Virus record (IMG/VR): IMGVR_UViG_3300010352_001343
DNA length: 20,000 bases
Direction: 5' to 3' (one strand)
Source of the DNA: an uncultured virus (IMG/VR IMGVR_UViG_3300010352_001343)
Taxonomy: Duplodnaviria; Heunggongvirae; Uroviricota; Caudoviricetes
Positions 8,848-18,287 of this stretch are shown here, piece by piece (position 1 is the first letter of the stretch; each line of letters starts with the position of its first letter). The position numbers were made by a program, and so were the translations under genes. The notes below the pieces were generated by a model. It was not told the DNA's origin. It searched no databases and saw only the letters and a list, made by a program, of their open reading frames with translations.

Positions 8848-9558
8848 ATGATGACAAGTAAGTATTTTAAGACTATTGCAGTACTATTAATTACAATTAC
8901 AGCCTTTGTAATCGGAATAATACTAGCATCAAAGATGTTCAATAAACCAAATAATGGTAATACCAATAATAGTTATTATAATCAGGTTACTGATACTATA
9001 ATCTCTAAATCTAAATTAAAACAGTTATCAGGTTATAAAGATGAAACTAAACCTAAAACTGTAATAATCTACAAACCAGAAGTAATAAAAATAGATACAG
9101 CTTATTTACAAGGTGACACTATTTGTATTAAAACTGAGAAAGGTAATATAATTAAATACCAATCAAACTTCTTAACCAATTTCTCTGATGCAAGTAAATT
9201 AATTGATATGAAACTTAGTGGTAGTAATTTAAGTTTAAGTTTACTAACACCCAAAGGACAATCACTAACTCAATTGTTTAAGATAGATCCATTCCACTAT
9301 AACTATATTTACACTGGTAATAAATTAACATTAGAACCAAATAAAAAGTGGTATAATAATTTTACTATATATGGACAACTAACCATCTTACCATTAGTAA
9401 ATATATATTCGACTGATGTAGGTATCAACTACAAGACTAGTATTATTATAATTGATGGGGGAGTTAAATTTTACTTTATACCAGAATTCGAAAAGTCATT
9501 TAACTTGTCACCATATATAGGAATTAGATATAATCTACCATGGCCAGGAAAACAGTAA
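8848..9558 (+). CDS. Membrane-anchored protein with C-terminal amphipathic beta-strands (possible spanin-like envelope protein)
   Basis: N-terminal TM helix, DTI/DTA-containing spacer and a C-terminal alternating aromatic/Gly strand pattern ending YIGIRYNL. It overlaps the terL start. Confidence 0.55.
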   Translation: MMTSKYFKTIAVLLITITAFVIGIILASKMFNKPNNGNTNNSYYNQVTDTIISKSKLKQLSGYKDETKPKTVIIYKPEVIKIDTAYLQGDTICIKTEKGNIIKYQSNFLTNFSDASKLIDMKLSGSNLSLSLLTPKGQSLTQLFKIDPFHYNYIYTGNKLTLEPNKKWYNNFTIYGQLTILPLVNIYSTDVGINYKTSIIIIDGGVKFYFIPEFEKSFNLSPYIGIRYNLPWPGKQ

Positions 9559-12056
9559 TTGAAGAAACTTATCTAAGCCCAGAAGAATTGAAGATTTTGT
9601 TTAAAGTAACAAATGACCCATTCTTCTTTTCATCTTTTATAAAGGTAATACACCCAACGAAAGGTAAAGTTAGATTTGATCTCTACCCATTCCAGTTTTC
9701 AGTTTTATACCAATTCTTAAAACACCAATTCAATATTATCCTTAAGTTTAGACAAGCTGGTATCACTGAATTGATATCAATGTATTGCTTATGGTTAGCT
9801 ATGTATCACCCTAACAAAAAGATAAACATTATCTCAATTAAGGATGTAGTAGCTAAGAAAGTACTGAAGAAAATAAAATTCATGTATAAGAACCTACCAT
9901 GGTATCTACAAACACCAATAGTAAATGGTAGACCTGGAGAATATGGTTCAGCTTCTTTAATTGAATTTTCAAATGGTAGTTTTATTGAATCAATCCCAAC
10001 TTCTGAACAAGCTGGTAGATCTGAAGGTTTAAGTTTATTAGTTATAGATGAAGCTGCTGTAGTAAAATGGGCTTCTGTAATTTGGGCTTCTTCTTTCCCA
10101 ACGTTATCAACTGGTGGTAGTGCTATTGTAAACTCATGTATTACTGGTAGTACTAAAATCATTACTGATAAAGGTTTATTAAGGGTAAAAGATATTTGTC
10201 CTAAACAATTTGGGGCTGTGGATTTATCATTAGTAAGTAATCTCAAAGTTTTGACACATGAGGGTTATTGGAAAAGAATCATTGCTTCTGTGAATAAGGG
10301 TAAATTAGAAACATGGAAGGTAAGAAACCAATTTGGTACTACTTTAAAATGTACTCCAGATCATAAACTGTACACACTTAAAGGTTGGATGTCTGTAAGG
10401 GATATTATAGAAAACCATGAGAGTATTATAGTTTATAAAACAGGTATCTCAGAAATACAATCACCACCAAAGATTAAATGGCCTAAGAAAGAAGAGTGGA
10501 AATTTATAAATGGGTATGATAATTACCAGGTATCTAATAGGGGTGAGATTAAATTCTTAAGGGGCAATAAATGGTTTAAGAAGAACCTAAAACCAAATAA
10601 AGATGGATATATTAGGATAACTCTACATGATGGTAAAACTACCAAAAAGGTTAGGGTAGCTGAATTGGTATTATCACATTTTTCTAATCAAAAAGTTGGA
10701 AAAGATCAAGTAATAGATCATATAGATTGTGTACCATCACATAATTGGATAACCAATTTACAGGTTATATCAAGAAAAGAGAATGCTAAAAGAGCAAATT
10801 TGTATTCTTATGGTCTTAAATTAGGAACTAGAATAGGAAAAGGTTTTAGTGATTTAGATTCTATAGCTACCATTAAAGATGGAATAACCTCTGGAGAAAT
10901 AAAGAGATTAGGTATTACAAAGTTTATCAAATCAAAAAAAGTTTTTGATAAAATGAGTTTAAAGAGTGCTAGGTCTTATGTATCTAAGATTATTAATGGT
11001 ACTAGAGGTAATCAAGTACAACTATCAAAATTGGAGGTTGTTAAAAAGTTTGAAGCCAACATTTATGATATAACCGTAGAAGATCACCATAGTTATATAA
11101 CATACAACTACAAAGGTAAAGGTGAAGAATTTAACTTTATAAATAAAAATACACCCTACGGTGTAGGGAATTTCTATCACTCAACTTGGGTAGATGCTGT
11201 AATGGGTGAAAATCCATTAAATCCAATTCGTTTATATTGGCAAATGCACCCAGAAAGAGATGAAGAATGGTATAAAACCATGGCTTCAGCGCTAGGGCCA
11301 AGAAGGACAGCCCAAGAGATTGATGGTGACTTCCTATCATCAGGTAATACAGTATTTGATTTGGCTGACATAAAAGCTATTGAAGATACTTTATCTGATT
11401 ATCAACCTATAAAGAAAAGGATGAATGGTAAACTTCTTATATTTGAAGAACCACAAGATAAAAGGTATATAATTGGTGCTGACTGTTCTACTGGTAGGTC
11501 AGATGACTACTCAGCTTTTACCCTTGGTGATGAATTTGGGGAAGAAGCTGCAGTATTTAAAGGTAGAGTACCATTGAATAAATATACTAGAATAATGGGT
11601 GATTTAGGTGAAGCATATAATTATGCTTTGATAGCCCCAGAGACTAATGACATTGGTTTAACAGTAACAACTGCTTTACAGGATGAAGGTTATCCAAACT
11701 TATATTATTCTAAAAAATTATTGAAGAAAAAGCGTAATGCTTACCCAGAAGAAGAGTTAATACCTGGCTGGTTAACAACCAGTAAAAATAGATCTTTAAT
11801 AATTGAAGGTTTAGAAAAAGATATCAGGGAAGGTGAAATGATTATTAAAGACCCATTCTTCGTAAATGAAGCCTACACATTCATATATGATAGTACTGGT
11901 AGGCCAATAGCTATGGGTAAAAGACGACAAACAAATTCCTCAGTTGATTTAGATTTAGAAGGTCAAACCTATTCGGATGACTCCATTTTTGGTAAAGCTA
12001 TTTATAATCAGGTACGTAAAACTTCTAAACCAAATATAACCACTCAACCGGTATAA
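9540..12056 (+). CDS. terL: Terminase large subunit, intein-containing (500 aa after splicing)
   Basis: LYPFQ adenine-binding motif, Walker A KFRQAGIT, Walker B LLVIDEAA, motif C S|TP split by the intein, and an RNase H-like nuclease (IIGAD...DDYS...ETN...SDD). Confidence 0.95.
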   Translation: MARKTVIEETYLSPEELKILFKVTNDPFFFSSFIKVIHPTKGKVRFDLYPFQFSVLYQFLKHQFNIILKFRQAGITELISMYCLWLAMYHPNKKINIISIKDVVAKKVLKKIKFMYKNLPWYLQTPIVNGRPGEYGSASLIEFSNGSFIESIPTSEQAGRSEGLSLLVIDEAAVVKWASVIWASSFPTLSTGGSAIVNSCITGSTKIITDKGLLRVKDICPKQFGAVDLSLVSNLKVLTHEGYWKRIIASVNKGKLETWKVRNQFGTTLKCTPDHKLYTLKGWMSVRDIIENHESIIVYKTGISEIQSPPKIKWPKKEEWKFINGYDNYQVSNRGEIKFLRGNKWFKKNLKPNKDGYIRITLHDGKTTKKVRVAELVLSHFSNQKVGKDQVIDHIDCVPSHNWITNLQVISRKENAKRANLYSYGLKLGTRIGKGFSDLDSIATIKDGITSGEIKRLGITKFIKSKKVFDKMSLKSARSYVSKIINGTRGNQVQLSKLEVVKKFEANIYDITVEDHHSYITYNYKGKGEEFNFINKNTPYGVGNFYHSTWVDAVMGENPLNPIRLYWQMHPERDEEWYKTMASALGPRRTAQEIDGDFLSSGNTVFDLADIKAIEDTLSDYQPIKKRMNGKLLIFEEPQDKRYIIGADCSTGRSDDYSAFTLGDEFGEEAAVFKGRVPLNKYTRIMGDLGEAYNYALIAPETNDIGLTVTTALQDEGYPNLYYSKKLLKKKRNAYPEEELIPGWLTTSKNRSLIIEGLEKDIREGEMIIKDPFFVNEAYTFIYDSTGRPIAMGKRRQTNSSVDLDLEGQTYSDDSIFGKAIYNQVRKTSKPNITTQPV
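10137..11150 (+). mobile_element. Intein (338 aa) carrying a NUMOD4-HNH homing endonuclease
   Basis: Block A CITGSTKIIT, block B KCTPDHKLYT, block F IYDITVEDHHSY and terminal KN followed by Thr+1. Internal EEWKFINGYDNYQVSNRGEIK (NUMOD4) and IDHID...N...NL...EN (HNH). Removal restores IVNS-TPYG. Confidence 0.93.
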
Positions 12057-12068
12057 AATTTTTAAAAT

Positions 12069-13559
12069 ATGTATATAGAATTATTTAATGGTAGATTAAA
12101 ACTTGGTACATCACCAAGTCCCATTGTTAATCAAGAAGAGAAAGATCAACAAATTCAAAATGAATTTGTTGAATCAACCCGAAAAAATGATGTAACTACT
12201 CCACCACCAGGTAGAGTATCTAAACCTGATGATTCAACTTTTGGTAACTTTACCTCATTGAACCTTACAAGAAAATTTGTAAACCCAAATTACAAAGTAG
12301 AGATTATACCATTACTTAGGGATTTATATAAAGTAAACCCAGATATTGGTATTACTTTACAAGATATGTTTAAACTAGCCAATTGTGGTCATGAGATTAA
12401 TTTCTTATATAACACTGCAGAAGAAGCTAGTAGAATGAGAAAGCATCTGAAAGATAAATCGCTAGAATGGGGTAAATATACTTATGGAATAGATGGTATA
12501 ATTACTAAATGGATTGTTCAAGCAATGGTAGCTGGTGCAATATCTACAGAAGCTGCTATTAGTGATGATATGAAAACTATCGAAAATATACTTTTTATTA
12601 AACCAGAGAGTATAGTATTTGAAAGAGATTCAAAAGGTGGATATCACCCATATCAAAAATCTGTTGGATATTTAGACCCAATCAAACTAAATGAGAATAC
12701 CTATTTCTATTGTTCTTTGTTTAGTGATTTAGATGAACCCTATGGTGTACCACCATTCATGCCATCACTTGACCCATTAGATGGTCAATATGTTATGAAA
12801 GAAAATTTCAAAAATATAATGGAAACAGCTGGTTTAGTAGGTTTCTTAGAGGCTACAGTAGCTAAACCAGCCCAGAAAGGGAGTGAAAGTGATGCAGCAT
12901 ATAAACAAAGATTAGAAAACTATTTATTAGAAACCAAATATAGATTAAGAGATGGTGTAAGAGATGGTTTAGTAGTTGGTTTTATGGATGACCATGAATT
13001 TAAACTAAATGCCACAAACAAAGGTGTTGGTGATATTAATGTACCTTGGGCAATGAATCAGCAATCAGTAGCTAATGGTTTAGGTGTTAGTTCAAATATC
13101 ATTGGTGTAACTTCAGCCAACACTGAAGGTGGAGCTGGTATAATGTTAAGTAAATTGATTTCACAACTTAGGATTATACAGATAATGGTTGCACATATTT
13201 TAACCAAAATTTATACTCTAGAGTTAAGATTAGCCGGTTTTAATAATAAAGGAATATCTATAGATTTTCATGCTTCTACAGTAGCAGATGAATTAAAAGT
13301 TCAACAAGGTTTAGAGATTAAAGCCAGGGTAGCAGTTGCATTGTATAACCAAGGTATATATAGTCAACAAGATGTAGCTATTCTATTTGGTAAAGAGAAA
13401 CCAGATAGTCCAGAACCAAGAATTCCAGTTGGTGATGTATTAGAAGATGCCGCTAAAAAACAACAAAGAAAAAAAGACCAGGACACTTCAGAACGTACTG
13501 GTAGAGATAAAAAGAAAATTAACCCAAAACGTAAAGACCAAAAAACAAAACCTGTTTAA
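12069..13559 (+). CDS. Portal protein
   Basis: 496 aa directly after terL, with a portal-type PYGVPPF motif, helical composition and a charged C-terminal tail. Confidence 0.8.
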   Translation: MYIELFNGRLKLGTSPSPIVNQEEKDQQIQNEFVESTRKNDVTTPPPGRVSKPDDSTFGNFTSLNLTRKFVNPNYKVEIIPLLRDLYKVNPDIGITLQDMFKLANCGHEINFLYNTAEEASRMRKHLKDKSLEWGKYTYGIDGIITKWIVQAMVAGAISTEAAISDDMKTIENILFIKPESIVFERDSKGGYHPYQKSVGYLDPIKLNENTYFYCSLFSDLDEPYGVPPFMPSLDPLDGQYVMKENFKNIMETAGLVGFLEATVAKPAQKGSESDAAYKQRLENYLLETKYRLRDGVRDGLVVGFMDDHEFKLNATNKGVGDINVPWAMNQQSVANGLGVSSNIIGVTSANTEGGAGIMLSKLISQLRIIQIMVAHILTKIYTLELRLAGFNNKGISIDFHASTVADELKVQQGLEIKARVAVALYNQGIYSQQDVAILFGKEKPDSPEPRIPVGDVLEDAAKKQQRKKDQDTSERTGRDKKKINPKRKDQKTKPV

Positions 13560-13561
13560 TT

Positions 13562-15031
13562 ATGAGATTTATTGATACAATGATCTTAGGTGCTGGCCAT
13601 AGTGTAATATTACCACATAAACCAGAATCTACACAAATAGATCAACTAGCAGAATATGTAGTTGCTAGAGAAATTAAGAAAAATGACATTGAAAGTTTTG
13701 GACTATTTGGTGGTTCAAATGATTTCAATAGATTCTACCCAGATCTAAAAGCTGAGGATTTAGTTCCAAAAGATGGTGATTATATTGAGCCAGTTTTTAG
13801 AATGCTTACAAATTGTATAGTAGCTAAAAATTCTAACCCAACAGAATTCCCAGCTGATATATTGAAAGCTTCAATGAAGTTATTAATAGGTCAAACTGTA
13901 TACCCAAATCATGATGATGAAGTTGGTAATGAAATTGGTTCAGTTAAATCAGTATTTTGGGAAGATGCTAAGGTACAGGATGGTGTAACTATACCAGCTG
14001 GTATTAATGCAGTACTTAGGATTGATGCAAAAAGTAACCCAAAGATTGCCAGAGGTATTCTAATGGACCCACCATCAGTTCACTCTAATTCAGTAACAGT
14101 TGTATTTTCATGGAAACCATCACATAGTTTTGATAATATTTATGAATTTTATGATAGAATGGGAACTATTCATGCTGATGGTACTTTGATTAGAAGAATA
14201 GCTACAGGAATAGAAGCCTATTTAGAAACATCACTAGTACCACATGGGGCTGACCCATTTGCACAATTAATTAAGAATGGTAAACTAAATAACGCTATTC
14301 ATGCTAATAGACGTTATCAAGGTATACAACGTAATAGTGAAAAAAATGAAATTGATATAAATGAAATCAAAGACCGGGTATCATATATTGATTTTAAAAA
14401 TTGGAGTAAACTACCAGTTGAAGAAGCTATATTAAGTCTTAGTGAAGATGATTCTAAACACAATACCACTGGTATTATTAATGAAACTTTAAATAACCAA
14501 AATAAAAACAACATGAAATTAATTGAATTATTAACACCTCTAATCTTAGCCCTTGGTTTTCAAGTGGAATCACTAAGTATGAAAGAGGAAGACCCAGAGT
14601 CAATCACACAAGGTATTCAAAAACTTGTTGAGAAAATCAACTTGAACAAAACCTCTTTAACAGAATTAGAAGGAAATTATAATTCTCTTAAGGATTTACA
14701 AAAACCGGAAATTGCAAATTTCATCGAAGTTGGTAAACAACATTTATCTTCAGTAAGATCTGCCACTGAAGAATCTTACAAAAAATTAGTAGGCAGTGGT
14801 ACTATTGATAGTAATATCATTGCTCTTATTAATAATGAAAGTACTGGTTTAGCCACTCTTGTATCATTGAAAGAGTCTTATGATAATCAACTAGAAAAAC
14901 TATTCCCTCTAAAATGTCAAGACTGCCATTCTACTAAAGTATCAAGAGTATCTTCAGTAGAAGAAGGAGAGAAACCAGTTATTTCAAGTAATAGCGATAT
15001 TATTGAAGGAATCGTAAATCAAAAGTTTTAA
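13562..15031 (+). CDS. Prohead maturation protease with C-terminal scaffold-like region
   Basis: Lies between portal and capsid genes. NHD....IG.V, SNSV and ETSLVPHGADP match the His/Ser pattern of HK97/herpes-type prohead proteases. The C-terminal part is coiled-coil-like with CQDC. Confidence 0.7.
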   Translation: MRFIDTMILGAGHSVILPHKPESTQIDQLAEYVVAREIKKNDIESFGLFGGSNDFNRFYPDLKAEDLVPKDGDYIEPVFRMLTNCIVAKNSNPTEFPADILKASMKLLIGQTVYPNHDDEVGNEIGSVKSVFWEDAKVQDGVTIPAGINAVLRIDAKSNPKIARGILMDPPSVHSNSVTVVFSWKPSHSFDNIYEFYDRMGTIHADGTLIRRIATGIEAYLETSLVPHGADPFAQLIKNGKLNNAIHANRRYQGIQRNSEKNEIDINEIKDRVSYIDFKNWSKLPVEEAILSLSEDDSKHNTTGIINETLNNQNKNNMKLIELLTPLILALGFQVESLSMKEEDPESITQGIQKLVEKINLNKTSLTELEGNYNSLKDLQKPEIANFIEVGKQHLSSVRSATEESYKKLVGSGTIDSNIIALINNESTGLATLVSLKESYDNQLEKLFPLKCQDCHSTKVSRVSSVEEGEKPVISSNSDIIEGIVNQKF

Positions 15032-15064
15032 CAATATTATTAACCTTTAATACATTTAAGAAGA

Positions 15065-15802
15065 ATGAGTTTAATTAAATCAGGGACAGCCACACCAAAA
15101 GTCCCAATTTACAAAAGTGAAAGTTATAAACTACACCAAGCTTTCGAAGTAGCTGCTGGTGAATCTATTTTACCTGGTTTTCCAGTTGGTTTAAATGCCG
15201 ATGGGAAGATTTTCCAATGGAAAGGTACTGGTACCTATTTGGGTATCGCTGCTGCATTAGCAAATACTTATGGTGAAGTTACTGTAATGGTACAAGGGTA
15301 TGCAATTATTATGGGAATTGCTGCTGCTACATTAAATGCGGGATATGTAACACCAGGTGAACCATACACTGGTAAAACCAATTACATATCTTACTCCCAA
15401 TCAGGTGAAACCACCCCAGCTGTAAAAGCTGCAAGTATTCAAACTGATAAATATAAAATTGAAGCCATTGTAGCTGGGGCTGCTGGAAACAGTCTAACCT
15501 ATACAGTAGCCGTTGATGGTACCGGAGAAGCAACTGCAGTAAAAACTAATAACAATATTGCAATTACATTATTGTCTACAGCAAAAACCGTTGGTGATCT
15601 TATTGCACTATTAGCTGCTAACACCAGTATTAGAGCTACATTAAATGGTTCTGCTACTAACAGCACAACTGTGACAGCCGTAGCTTCACCAGCTTCTTTA
15701 GCCAATGGGGCCGATGCAATCACAACAGCAACCAAATCAGATTTTATTCTTTTGGAAAAAGCTACTGCCGCCGGACAGGTAATCCCAATTTTAGTAAGAT
15801 AA
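15065..15802 (+). CDS. Head decoration/cement-like protein with inserted Ala/Thr-rich domain
   Basis: Directly before the MCP. The G.PVGL..DG, GIA, VTVMVQG and terminal GQVIPILV patterns are typical of capsid cement proteins. Confidence 0.6.
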   Translation: MSLIKSGTATPKVPIYKSESYKLHQAFEVAAGESILPGFPVGLNADGKIFQWKGTGTYLGIAAALANTYGEVTVMVQGYAIIMGIAAATLNAGYVTPGEPYTGKTNYISYSQSGETTPAVKAASIQTDKYKIEAIVAGAAGNSLTYTVAVDGTGEATAVKTNNNIAITLLSTAKTVGDLIALLAANTSIRATLNGSATNSTTVTAVASPASLANGADAITTATKSDFILLEKATAAGQVIPILVR

Positions 15803-15840
15803 AAGTTAACAAGATTATAAATAAAAAAACATTATAAAAG

Positions 15841-16977
15841 ATGTCAACAGAAAAAACAAAAGAAGAATTAAGAGAAGCATCTCTTAAATTAGAATCCAAA
15901 GAGTTTGCTAAAGACCTTCCAGGTATTATTAGAGGTTTAGACACAGTAAGAGCTGGTGGTCCAAATAAACCAACTGTAGAAATCAGCTTAGCTGAATTCT
16001 TAACAGAAAAATATGGTTTAACTCAAGATGAGTATATCAAAAAATTGGGATTCAATTCCAAAGTATCAACAATGCAAAATATCTTATCAATGCCCGATAC
16101 TGATTACAGATGGATTATCCCTGAAATAATCAGAGATGCCATCCAATTGGGTATTAAAGATGCTCCATTCTACCCAACCTTAATTGCTGGTGACCAATCA
16201 GTAAATGGGTTATCAATCACTATGCCATATGTTAACCCATCTGATGCTGCTCCAGCCAAAGTAAATGAAGCTGAAACAATCCCATTGGGACAAATCAGTT
16301 ATGGTCAAAAGACTGTAAAAATTTACAAAATTGGTAAAGGGATTAAAATCTCCGATGAAGTTAAAAATTATGTAGCTTTAGATGTATTAGGTATCTATTT
16401 CCGTGACTTCGGTATTCAACTTGGTTTTGCTATGGATAACCTAGCAATTGACTGTTTAGTTAATGGTAATAAAGCCGATGGTTCAGAAGCTTCTGGTATC
16501 ATTGGTGTAGGTTCTACAAGTACAGGGCTTACATATAAAGATCTGTTAAAACTTTGGATACGTGGTTCACGTTTCGGAAGAAACTTCAGAACTATGGTTT
16601 CAGGTGAAGATATGGCCTTAAATTTATTGGATCTCGATGAATTCAAGAAAAGAGAATCAGGTACAACTTTAGCCAGATTAAACTTGAAAACACAAATCCC
16701 AAGTTCTTCTGATTTATACATCCATGGTGGAGTAGATGAAGATTCAATCTTATTTGTTGACCCAACATCAGCAATGATTAAATTAACTGCACAAAACCTA
16801 ATGTTAGAATCTGAAAGAATCGTTTCTAACCAAACATCAGCTATGTATGCTTCCCTAACCACTGGTTTTTCTAAGATGTTTATGGATGCTTCTATCTTAA
16901 TGGATAAAACCGTTGCATTCACTTCATTCCCAAGTTATTTTGACCTTGATTCATTTAAAAGTGTGAACTTAGAATAA
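15841..16977 (+). CDS. Major capsid protein (HK97 fold)
   Basis: 378 aa with WIIPEII, an E-loop region AKVNEAETIP, KIGKGIKISDE and a backbone helix ending LVNGN. Its position in the head module fits. Confidence 0.9.
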   Translation: MSTEKTKEELREASLKLESKEFAKDLPGIIRGLDTVRAGGPNKPTVEISLAEFLTEKYGLTQDEYIKKLGFNSKVSTMQNILSMPDTDYRWIIPEIIRDAIQLGIKDAPFYPTLIAGDQSVNGLSITMPYVNPSDAAPAKVNEAETIPLGQISYGQKTVKIYKIGKGIKISDEVKNYVALDVLGIYFRDFGIQLGFAMDNLAIDCLVNGNKADGSEASGIIGVGSTSTGLTYKDLLKLWIRGSRFGRNFRTMVSGEDMALNLLDLDEFKKRESGTTLARLNLKTQIPSSSDLYIHGGVDEDSILFVDPTSAMIKLTAQNLMLESERIVSNQTSAMYASLTTGFSKMFMDASILMDKTVAFTSFPSYFDLDSFKSVNLE

Positions 16978-16979
16978 TC

Positions 16980-17465
16980 ATGGGTAAAGATAAAAATAAG
17001 AAGGTTGGGCCAGAAATAACCCAACCTTCTTCTACTCAAGTAGAAGTAAGCTATGTAAAGTTAAATCCTGTTTCATCATACTTCTATGACCCAACATCTG
17101 GATTAAAATTATTACCTGGACGTATGTTAGAGGTAACACCAGCTATGTTAGCTAGTAAAAGATTTAAGTATGCCGTGACCAATGGTCAAGTTCTTATTGA
17201 AAAATCTTTTAAAGAAATTGATGATACAATAAACTCTCCAAAAATTAATTTGGATGAAGAGTTTATCAAAGCTCGTAAAGTTTATGATGATTCTGATGTT
17301 GATAACATCATGGATAATTTTAAAGAACAATTCTCAATAAATATATTGAAAGATCTTTCAACAATTAAATTAGGTTTAACAGTACCTGAAGATGCCACTG
17401 ATGAAGAGGTTATTGATGAAATTGTTGCAGCTTTCGACATTATAGTTGAAGAAGAAAACAAATAA
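16980..17465 (+). CDS. Hypothetical virion-associated protein with acidic C-terminus
   Basis: 161-aa ORF starting 2 nt after the MCP stop. Confidence 0.65.
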   Translation: MGKDKNKKVGPEITQPSSTQVEVSYVKLNPVSSYFYDPTSGLKLLPGRMLEVTPAMLASKRFKYAVTNGQVLIEKSFKEIDDTINSPKINLDEEFIKARKVYDDSDVDNIMDNFKEQFSINILKDLSTIKLGLTVPEDATDEEVIDEIVAAFDIIVEEENK

Positions 17466-17480
17466 ACTTTTTTAAAAAAT

Positions 17481-18281
17481 ATGAAAATAGCTTTTACCAC
17501 AAAGAAAACTGGAAACTCGGTACTATTCAACAACATATCAACAGCCCCCAGTGGGACTACCTGGTCCTGGTCTTTTGGTGATGGCGAAAAATCAACTGAA
17601 AAAGCCCCAACCCATGCTTATTCGGGTCCGGGCTTTTTTTTGGTTGAATTAACTGCCAAATACCAAACTGAAGACCCAATAATTTTGAATACTGTAATTG
17701 TTATCTCTGACAAGGTTAATACAACTTTACCAGATTCAATTTACAACCTGATTGATACCAAATTGCCAACTGATTTAGTTACAGAACTTACATTCAATAA
17801 AAAACAAATTTATATTGAAAAGTGGCAGCTATTTTTACAACCTCTAGTAAATCATGATATATCATTAGAGAATTATAATGATGAATTATACTATGAAGCT
17901 CTAGAGAATCAATTAGTGTTAGAATTGGCTTGCTATGACTATATGGTTGACTATATCAATTATTATTTATTTGCAATAAACAGCCAATCAGTACAAGCTG
18001 AAGGTAATAAAGTAGTAAAAAGAATGACTACTGGGCCTAGCGAAGTTGAATGGTTTGATAATTCTGAAATTAATATAGAAAAGTTAAAAACCTTAGCTAA
18101 ATATACTCAAAACAATGGTTACCTAGATTTATTGAAAAGTAATATATGTAACTTGGCTAGTAGATTAGATATACCACTTAACCTATGTAAAGAAAAGACA
18201 CATAGAATTTTACCAATAGTTGTTAAAAATATAAAAGACCGGCCATTTGAAGGACCAAATCCAGCTGCTGGTTTAAATTAG
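17481..18281 (+). CDS. PKD-domain protein, probable head-tail adaptor
   Basis: N-terminal PKD signature WSWSFGDG..STEKAPTHAY..PGFF.V.LT. The C-terminal helical region with VKRMTTGPSEVEW resembles the adaptor beta-hairpin. Confidence 0.75.
   Translation: MKIAFTTKKTGNSVLFNNISTAPSGTTWSWSFGDGEKSTEKAPTHAYSGPGFFLVELTAKYQTEDPIILNTVIVISDKVNTTLPDSIYNLIDTKLPTDLVTELTFNKKQIYIEKWQLFLQPLVNHDISLENYNDELYYEALENQLVLELACYDYMVDYINYYLFAINSQSVQAEGNKVVKRMTTGPSEVEWFDNSEINIEKLKTLAKYTQNNGYLDLLKSNICNLASRLDIPLNLCKEKTHRILPIVVKNIKDRPFEGPNPAAGLN
17599..17641 (+). terminator. Intragenic rho-independent terminator-like hairpin
   Basis: AAAAAGCCC-CA-ACCC-(10 nt)-GGGT-CC-GGGC-TTTTTTTT. Confidence 0.6.
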
Positions 18282-18287
18282 TAGAAA

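Noticed and set aside
7572..9558. Restriction-modification pair (MTase plus downstream gene)
   Set aside because: The downstream gene is a membrane protein with no nuclease motif. The only HNH nearby is inside the intein.
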